Below are positions 24,792-32,000 of a DNA stretch of 32,000 bases, one piece after another. The notes under the pieces were generated by a model. It was not told where the DNA came from. It saw nothing but the letters and a program-made list of their open reading frames with translations, and searched no databases. Positions within the stretch are counted from its first letter, which is position 1; each line of letters opens with the position of its first letter. Source of the stretch: Allobaculum fili (GTDB lineage Bacteria; Bacillota_I; Bacilli_A; Erysipelotrichales; Erysipelotrichaceae); contig NZ_JAHDSX010000007.1 in NCBI RefSeq assembly GCF_020969955.1, positions 30,001 to 62,000 of the forward strand. Direction: 5' to 3'. The position numbers and the translations under genes are program-made.

Positions 24792-25322
24792 TTATAAAGC
24801 CGGCAGCTCTGGAGCAGTGGAAATATCCGCGTCAATTGAAATTTCTGTCTCAGCGGCCCGTACAAACACGAGCTGCGGTCCAAGTTCTTCAATTTCCTCA
24901 GCGGTGATAGTATCAAAGTCAATATCCGCCATTCGATGAATCCGGACAATATAGGCGCCCTGTGCGTATTTGAGCAGACCGACATTGATTCCTGAGGTAT
25001 ACACAATTTTTCCTTTTACATCTTTTGGTCTTGCTGTGGCTACAATCGGGGCATCCACAATGCCTTTGTACTTTCGAAACCATTCCACAATTCCGGGATG
25101 GCGGGAAACAATCACTTTGGAAGAATCAAAAGGAAGTCGAATGTAATAAATCGCCCGCTCATCGCTGGGAAGATCGCTGTCATACGGCTTTTTGTACTGA
25201 CAGGCAATCCGGCCTGTGAGAACCTCAATTTCAAAATCTTCTTCAAATGCGGCCTGTGCATGTTCATAACCGACTTGCTGCAGCCGCATAAATCGTAAAG
25301 CACTTTTCGGAATTGTTTTCAT
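24792..25322 (-). CDS. Hypothetical protein with a C-terminal Csx16/DUF1874-like domain (tentative)
   Basis: 176 aa with AAAGGAG upstream. The segment VIVSRHPGIVEW...GKIVYTSGINVGLL...GAYIV...ITAEEIEELG matches the order of blocks I recall for Csx16 (xTRHxGAxEW...GDxVIGTLPxxLA...GARY...LSxEEL). This has not been HMM-verified. Confidence 0.7.
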   Translation of the reverse strand: MKTIPKSALRFMRLQQVGYEHAQAAFEEDFEIEVLTGRIACQYKKPYDSDLPSDERAIYYIRLPFDSSKVIVSRHPGIVEWFRKYKGIVDAPIVATARPKDVKGKIVYTSGINVGLLKYAQGAYIVRIHRMADIDFDTITAEEIEELGPQLVFVRAAETEISIDADISTAPELPAL

Positions 25323-25620
25323 TGTTCCATTCTCCTTTGATCTCGATCAGCCTGCGATGTCTGAAAGGACTTGCGTCTTCAAAAATCGGGTAGCAGACAT
25401 GTCGAATTATATATGGAGGATTGGAGGTCTTTCGATCCGTGCCGGAATGTACACAAAACAGGGCAATTTTGTACAGACGAATGGAAGGTCTACAGGCGTT
25501 CCGGCGAATCAGGATGACTGCTTCTCTTTCCATTCATGATCGAAATCTGCGCAAATCCATTGGATGACGCCCTCGTAACCCGCCTGGAGGAAGGGGATCC
25601 CCTGTTCGCTTGTCACGAAA

Positions 25621-25662
25621 GAACGCCGCAGACAAACGGAATTCCGTTTGTTCTGCGGCGTT
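25621..25662. other. Long near-perfect hairpin in the gap between the GH2 gene end and the islet
   Basis: GAACGCCGCAGA-CAAACGG aatt CCGTTTGTTCTGCGGCGTT, about 18 bp with one bulge. No clear U-tract on either strand. Confidence 0.5.
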
Positions 25663-25814
25663 ACTCTTTAGAAATACTGGGTAAATCCATATTCTGGATG
25701 GCTTAGTCCACCCGCGTTCAGACAGAAGTTTTAAACCATCTGCTCAAGCCGTTCAAAAACCGATCAGAATCGGAAACGGCTGTTTTGAATCCTGAGCGAA
25801 CGTTGCAAGAGAGA

Positions 25815-28800
25815 CTAGAACAAAGAATTATTCGAATTCGGGACTTTGCGCAGACTCAGCAGCAGGCGGTTCATGTGTTGGGCCTGTTCATCGATCTGGA
25901 TCTGACTTTGCGGTGCAGAAAGAATGGATCTGGCCTTAGAGAGTTCCTCTTCCAGTTTATCCATCGAAGACTCTGGGAATTCCGTACGGTTCTCAAGCAG
26001 GCTTTCTGCTTTAGTAACAGTCATTTCCAGGGCGTCCAGAACAAAGTCGATTTTGGGATACTGAATAGCCGCAATACCGGCAAGAAGGGCTGAATTTAAA
26101 GTCTTGGCCTGGGTGGCATTGTCTTCCAACAGACCCGCAACGGCTTCATTAAAGCCTGGGTAAACTGCGCTTTATGCGTCGAATCTGGATCGTAGTCTTT
26201 GGTGCGCAAAACGGTAATTGCCTTTACGACACTGTTTCCAAGATCCGATCCAAAAAGGGAAGACGGTCTGCGCAAAGCCTCAATAGCCGCATTGAGCGTA
26301 TCGGTCAGTTCATCAATTTCTGACTGAGAGAAGCTGTAAGAGCGCAGCGCGAAGTCGGCTTCACTCAGGGCTTCCTGCAGGGAATTCCAGCCGCTTACAT
26401 AATCGCTTTCCTTGAGGTTTTTCGCAGCTTCAACGGCTTTGGAAAGCGCGCTGCGATCTTCAAGCGTTCCATACGTTGTGGTAATCGTTTTGAAACCGAA
26501 TTTGCCGGTGGTAACCAGACGGACCGTGTGAGTTCCCAAAGGCAGAGACTGAATATCGATTCCTTTGCGATAGGCATCTGTACTGTCTGTGCAGTTTACA
26601 ACGCCATAGTCCTTGTCATCGATGTAAATATGGGCACCGGTTTTGCCGCCGTCAAACTTGGTCATCATGGAAATGCCGGTACCGGTAAAGGCGTAGCTCA
26701 GCGTCGCATTGGCGCTGTTATTGTACGTTTCGTAATCGCCGGCCGCTTCATCTTTCCACTGCCCCCATCCGCTGCTCTTTTGAATCTGATCGGAAGAGCC
26801 ATACAGGGTCGTATCGGGCGTACCTTCCACATATTCCGGTTTGGGAACGAGGCCGCTTTGACGAATTTCAAGGGCGTCAAAGCCAAATTTGCCGGTAGGG
26901 ACAAGTCTTACGGTATGTTCGGCTTCTTCTTCTAATGAATGGGAGAAAACCGCTTCATACGTATTTTGTCCGTCGTTTCGCTTTGTGCTCACTGTTCCAA
27001 GCGACTGATCGTCTACGAAGACTTCACAGCCGCTCTGGCTGCCGTCTTTTTTCGCATAGAGAGTAAAGCGGCTTCCTGTGAAGGTATAGGAGAGGGAAGT
27101 GTTCTGCCAGTTATTCGATTCGACATACGTTTCGTAGCCGGAAAGCGTTCCTGCCTGCGTGCCAGAAGCCGGCCAGCGGCCCCAGGTTCCGGTTTTCTCC
27201 ATTTCATCGCCAGGAACAACGACCGTTTGCGCTGGACGTTCCAGGGCGGTTTTGCGCTGTGGATATTTGCCGGCTTCGGCATCCTGTCCCTGATCGTCTT
27301 TGAGCGTAGTCGTAAAGACGCAGTCGCCCCCACAAGCAAGGGTATCCGTGTTCCAGATCATAAGCCGTAAAACGCTGCCGTCTTTGAGATCTTCTGGAAT
27401 CGACATGGACACGGGAAGGGAGACTTTTTCTTTGGCTTTGAGCGTGAGCGGTTTGCTCTGGACATCGACAAGAGTATTGTCGGGGGCAATCAGAGATGTG
27501 GTGATCATCAGATTCTGAGCCGTTTTGGACGTCAGATCCAGCTCACCTTCATACACAGTGCCTGGTACAAGCGATTCATAAGCGGCCATAAACTGGGCAC
27601 TCAGGTCAGTTTTACCATCCTGTGTCAGCTTGCGTCGTACGCCGGAAAGACGGGCATTGCCTAAGGAAATCGAACCGTGCCCTTCGGTTTCCAGCTTCAC
27701 ATCGGGGCACCGATAAACAGAAACACGGATAGCGGCTGATTCGCCCGGTTCAAACGTCTTTTCATAAATCGTCTGATTTTTCGCGATCAGGCGCAGAAGG
27801 ACCGTCTGGGAAGAGGGGTTGAAGGCTTCAGCTTCGAAAGCGCCATAGCCGCCGTCTTCTCTGGTGAAGTTATTTACAGTCAGTTCCGTCTGGGCCGGCA
27901 GGGAAACGCCGTTGGAATAGCGGGTGTTTCCGTGCTTGAGCGGCTGACCGTCTGCTGTGCGATTTTTAATGATGGTTTCGGGCAAATCGTCCAGATCGCA
28001 CAGGTACTGATATCCGGTTTTGATCGGTTCATTGACCGACTTGAGCGAATACAGCTTCAGTTCGGAGAACGAGGCGTATTCGTCTTCTGGAATGGAATCA
28101 AACAGAACGCGGATGTTTCGATACGGTCTGGTTTTCAGGAATGTGATTTCATCCGGGGCTGTCTCAATGGTGGAGGCATCGTAGGAAACAAGCGTTTCCC
28201 AGTCGTCTTCGCTGACTGCATCTGCGGTTTTTCCCTGCAGCGTATAGGGCAGCTTTTTGCCGTCAAAGAGTACGGCTGCTTTATAGAGAATGACTTCTCC
28301 ATGTTCCATGGTCGCGTTGACGTACTGGCCAGGCCCGGCTGTGGAAGCTCTCCATGACGTTTTTGGATCCTGATCGAGAACGTTCTGACGATCGGCTTCG
28401 TTGGAAGACGCTTCGCAGGGAACGCCGTTGAGATCGCGCAGTTCGTAGGCAGATGCCTCTTCAATATCGGTCAGAATAATGCCGTCATTGTTCATGAAGG
28501 AACCGTACAGTGTGGAAATATCCGCCTCGCTTTCTCCTGTGGAGTCGCCCGTGGTCCTCAGGGTGATTGCCGCCGATTTGAGACCTTCGCTTTCGGCGAC
28601 GATGCGGGTGATGCCGGCGTAGTAGGAGCGGAATTCAATGGCGCCTTTTCCATCAAGCATGGATTTGTTTTCCGAATCCGGATCGAGAACAAAGGTTTTG
28701 CCGGTCGGGAAAATACCCGGGCCTGCTACGACTTTCAGCGTGATCTTGCGCTTTACGCCGATCCAGTTTCCTTCATCGTCTTTCAAAGTCGCGATGAGAT

Positions 28801-30735
28801 GGGTATCCTGCGTGCCGTCATCGCGAAGAACGGTGTCGGAGGCGGTCAGTTCGATTTTTGTCGGGGTCCGGACTTCGAGAATTCGGGCTCAGGATGATCC
28901 GGATGGAATTCATGGCGATACCAGTACCATTCTTTTAAAGGCAGTCGATAGTAGTCGACGATGCCCATATCGCCATAGCTTCTCGCAGCGACCGTTCCAT
29001 GATGGAACATGCACCAGAGGGAAACGCCGCTTCGCCAGGCGTATTCGATCGGGCGATCGTTCTGGCTTTGTACATGATCGTAATGCGGTGCATAGGTGTC
29101 GCCCTGAGAGCGGTTAGCGGTATGCGAGCCGTATTCCGTAACCATGTTCGGTACGCCTGGATTCTGACAGGCGCCAATCGAAGCGCCGTCGCCGTTATAG
29201 CCGGCGACTTCAACGCCTTCAATTTTGTCATAGCCGTCGCGCTGCGTGCCGCCAAGGCCAACTGCACGGGTCGGATCGAGCTCTTTGCACTTTTTGGCCA
29301 TGCGGGTAATCAGGGCGCGCTTTTTATCATTCGTGCTGGCGCCGGAGTCATCGTTTACACTCTGAAAGAACGTTTCGTTTCCCATGCTCCAGACCATGAT
29401 GGACGGATGATTGCGGTGAATGCGAATCATTTCTTCCAGCATCTGCATGCAGGAGTCTTCAAACGCTGCCTGATCTTTTACATGTGTCGGGTAGCCGTTG
29501 GCGGTATAATCGGACGAACCTGGATTTTCCAGATTTCCTTCGCCGCCGGCGCCGCCGATAAACCAGAAGGCAGCTTCGGACCAGTAGGCAATTCCGAGTT
29601 CATCGCACGCCTGCGTATAGATAGGAGAATGCGGATAATGACTGCCGCGGATAAAGTTGAATCCGCCGTCCTTGACCATTTGAACGTCACGAACCAGAGC
29701 CGAATCGCTGACGGCATTGCACCAGCCGGCGTGATCCTGATGGGCGTTTACGCCGTTGAGCCAGACGTGTTCGCCATTCAGGAAAAAGCCCTGATTGGCT
29801 GTCCATTCGCACCAGCGAAAGCCCATGCTCGTCTGAACGGAGTCGACCAGCGAGTCTGCACTGTAGACTTGGGTAACGACCGTATAAAGGTAGGGATCGG
29901 CCATGCTCCACAGATGAGGCTTGGAAATTCCAGTATACGTGTCATCAAAGATGGCGCTCTGTCCAGCTTCAATCGTTTTGGGGCTGGAAGAAAACTGAGC
30001 GACGGCTTGGCCGTTGGCGTCCAGCAGTGTATGGCGTACACGAACCTCGGCAGCCGTTTCGTTCTGGTTTTCTACCTCCGCCTGCATGCGCAGATCGGAA
30101 GACGATCTGGATACGTTTGGCGTCTGTACAAACGTACCGTACCAGGCGACATGAACCGGGTTTTCATAAATCAGCTTTACATCGCGGTAAATACCGCCGG
30201 TGAAATTATGGTCGCCAGCACGCGGAGCAAGCTGCGGATTCCAGGTGTTGTCAACTTTTGCGGCGAGGACGTTCGTTCCTTCGTGCAGATACTCGCTCAA
30301 GTCGAATTCAAAGCCGGTATAGCCGCCTTGATGACTGCCGACTTTATCGCCGTTGACGTACAGATCGATGGTGTGGAAGACACCGTCAAAATCGATCTTG
30401 ATTTTGTTCTGAAGCGATTCGGCACTGACTTCGAATGTCTTTCGATACCAGCCGATGCCAGTGTAAAACTTCTGTTCCATGAAATAGGGAATGCTGAAAT
30501 CGTGCGGCAGGCTGACGTTATACCAGTTCGCGTCGTTAAAATCGCTCTGGTACGCCTGCGGTTCATCTCTGCGGACAAACTTCCAGCCGCGGTTGAAGTT
30601 TTCCTCTTTGCGTACGCTGGTCTGGGCCGGGGGATCAATGGCTTCTTTTGCCTGCAGCAGGGCAGGAGGCGCCATAAGGCTCAGAAACGTAAGGACAGAA
30701 AGGAGATACATCCATACCTTCTGAATACTTTTCAT
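25815..30735 (-). pseudogene. Secreted multidomain glycoside hydrolase family 2 protein (about 1,640 codons) interrupted by two frameshifts
   Basis: Three collinear ORFs: 30735-28846, 28888-26096 and 26171-25815. Signal peptide is MKSIQKVWMYLLSVLTFLSLMAPPALLQA. GH2 catalytic blocks are NHPSIMVWSMGNE and MVTEYG. These are followed by a DUF4982-like region, a discoidin/CBM32-like domain, two CBM-like repeats, and FIVAR-like helices. The frame changes lie in 28849-28888 and 26099-26171. Confidence 0.8.
26471..27214 (-). repeat. Tandem duplicated beta-sandwich (CBM-like) modules inside the GH2 gene
   Basis: Two roughly 115-aa protein-level repeats. One is GYETYVESNNWQNTSLSYTFTGSRF...HTVRLVPTGKFGFDALEI. 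The other is DYETYNNSANATLSYAFTGTGI...HTVRLVTTGKFGFKTI. Confidence 0.7.
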
Positions 30736-31010
30736 ACTTTTCTCTCTTTCTTCTCCAGGCTGATCGCGAAAATTGCCCGAATATTGTCGGATCGGTCTGT
30801 CTGTTTTCAGTATAGACGACCTGAAAGCGATTCCAGACGCTTTGGAAGATTCAACAATACTCAGATTGCAGACAAAACAGAGAAAGGGAAGAGGCCGCTG
30901 TATTTCGGTCATTGGAGGGATCATCCGAAAAGCGGAACTTTATAATGAAGACTGTAATTAAAGATCGTACAAAGCAAAAAAGATACGTATGATCAGGAGG
31001 TACTCGCTTA

Positions 31011-32000
31011 ATGTGTACAGGTCTTTCCTATTCCAATGGAAACAGCCACTACTTCGGACGCAACCTGGATCTGGAAATCGATTATCCAGTCGATGTCGTC
31101 ATCACACCGCACAACGTCCCCTTTAAATTCCGTCACACCGACGCCATGGAAAGCCATAACGCTATTATCGGTATGGCTATGCCGATTGATAACTACCCTC
31201 TGTACTTCGAGGGAATCAACGATAAAGGACTGGGCATGGCCGGTCTGGCTTTCTGGACCAGCTGCCATTATTTCCCAGTCATGGAAGACAAGCTGAACAT
31301 CGCTTCGTTCGAGCTGATCCCTTATATCCTGGGCAAATGCTCCAGCGTCGATGAAGCCGAAGAAGAATTCAAGAAAATCAACATCTGCAATACCGGTTTC
31401 TCGGAAAAATTCCCGCCAAGCCCGCTGCACTGGATCATTTCCGATGCCAAACGGACGATCGTTGTCGAACAGACCAAAGAACGCGGTCTGAAAGTTTACG
31501 ACAACCCGTATAACGTTCTGACCAACGAACCGGAATTCCCGTTCCACAAGAAAAATCTGCTTTACTACTGCAACGTATCCAACGCCATCCGCGGATTCGA
31601 TTCCACTCGTTTCTCTCCGAATTTCCCGGATTTCGTTAAACTCGGTGCCGGCATGGGATCGGCTGGACTGCCTGGCGGTCTGGATTCCATTTCCCGTTTT
31701 GTCCGCGTTGCCTTTACACGTCTGAATTCGAATATCGAAAAGAATACCGAAGAAGCCAATATCCAGGAATTCTTCCATATCCTTTACAGCGTGTATCAGA
31801 CCAGTGGCTGCGATCAGGTTAAAAAGGGTGAATACGAAGTTACCCTTTATACCTGCGGCGCAAACCTCGAAACTGGCCGTTTCTATTATACGACCTACTG
31901 GAACCAGAACATTACTGCCGTCGATATGCATAACGAAGATCTCGAAGGCGATAAGCTGATCGTTTATCCAGTGGTTCGTGATCTGAACATCCCGGTACAG
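31011..32000 (+). CDS. bsh: Choloylglycine (bile salt) hydrolase, Ntn-hydrolase family, 3' end beyond the window
   Basis: ATG 31011 has AGGAGG upstream. 330 codons remain open to the window edge. Motifs: MCTGLSY (Cys2 nucleophile), FGRNLDLE, AIIGMA, YPLYFEGINDKGLGMAGL, SPLHWIISD, VLTNEPEF, GLPGGLDSISRFVR. It is not in the ORF track, which lists the antisense 31008-31931 ORF. Confidence 0.92.
   Translation, partial: MCTGLSYSNGNSHYFGRNLDLEIDYPVDVVITPHNVPFKFRHTDAMESHNAIIGMAMPIDNYPLYFEGINDKGLGMAGLAFWTSCHYFPVMEDKLNIASFELIPYILGKCSSVDEAEEEFKKINICNTGFSEKFPPSPLHWIISDAKRTIVVEQTKERGLKVYDNPYNVLTNEPEFPFHKKNLLYYCNVSNAIRGFDSTRFSPNFPDFVKLGAGMGSAGLPGGLDSISRFVRVAFTRLNSNIEKNTEEANIQEFFHILYSVYQTSGCDQVKKGEYEVTLYTCGANLETGRFYYTTYWNQNITAVDMHNEDLEGDKLIVYPVVRDLNIPVQ

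Noticed and set aside
25264-25533. 89-aa minus-strand ORF overlapping the 5' end of the 176-aa gene
   Set aside because: It has no SD and an Arg/Cys-rich composition. It lies upstream of, and across, the predicted promoter (TATAAT at 25406-25411, minus strand) of the 176-aa gene.
28999-30945. 648-aa plus-strand ORF
   Set aside because: It is antisense to the GH2 catalytic region, which has clear family-2 catalytic motifs on the minus strand.
31008-31931. 307-aa minus-strand ORF from the track
   Set aside because: It is antisense to an obvious bile-salt-hydrolase reading frame that begins with SD-ATG-TGT (Met-Cys) at 31011.
1-32000. CRISPR arrays, cas genes, tRNA/rRNA genes, transposases, integrases and prophage structural genes
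   Set aside because: I found no regularly spaced direct repeats and no cloverleaf-like or rRNA-like segments in the intergenic regions. No ORF has recognisable recombinase or cas motifs. The scan was visual only and should be confirmed with tRNAscan-SE, Infernal and a CRISPR finder.

Overview
This 32-kb chromosomal window reads like a Bacillota (Gram-positive, probably gut-associated) genome. It has GGAGG-type Shine-Dalgarno sites, lipobox lipoproteins, and about 52-57% GC in core genes.

Housekeeping backbone: pyrG (-), an NfnAB-type oxidoreductase pair, efp, a cmk-der-gpsA-hup operon, msrA, and a three-gene amino-acid ABC importer (-).

Accessory content:
(i) A WYL-domain regulator followed by a translationally coupled DUF2779 (Cas4-like/exonuclease-like) gene and a cytoplasmic Zn-phospholipase-C-like gene (3.3-7.0 kb). 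This is my best candidate for an undescribed WYL-controlled damage- or phage-responsive module.
(ii) An HTH-Fic protein with a degenerate active-site motif.
(iii) An SPFH/double-zinc-ribbon protein.
(iv) A MarR-flavodoxin operon.
(v) A lower-GC islet (about 43-45% in hand-counted stretches). It holds a 442-aa methyltransferase-fold-like unknown and a 176-aa protein whose C-terminal half resembles Csx16/DUF1874-type CRISPR accessory proteins. No cas genes or CRISPR array are present.
(vi) A roughly 1,640-codon secreted GH2 glycosidase split by two frameshifts.
(vii) A bile-salt-hydrolase gene running off the 3' end. It is missing from the supplied ORF track, which lists an antisense shadow ORF instead.

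EF-P carries Arg, not Lys, at the modified loop tip. No rRNA, tRNA, CRISPR array, transposase or integrase was recognised. The three apparent frameshifts all fall in windows containing short homopolymer runs, so assembly error must be excluded before calling pseudogenes. All domain calls come from motif recognition by eye, not database searches.
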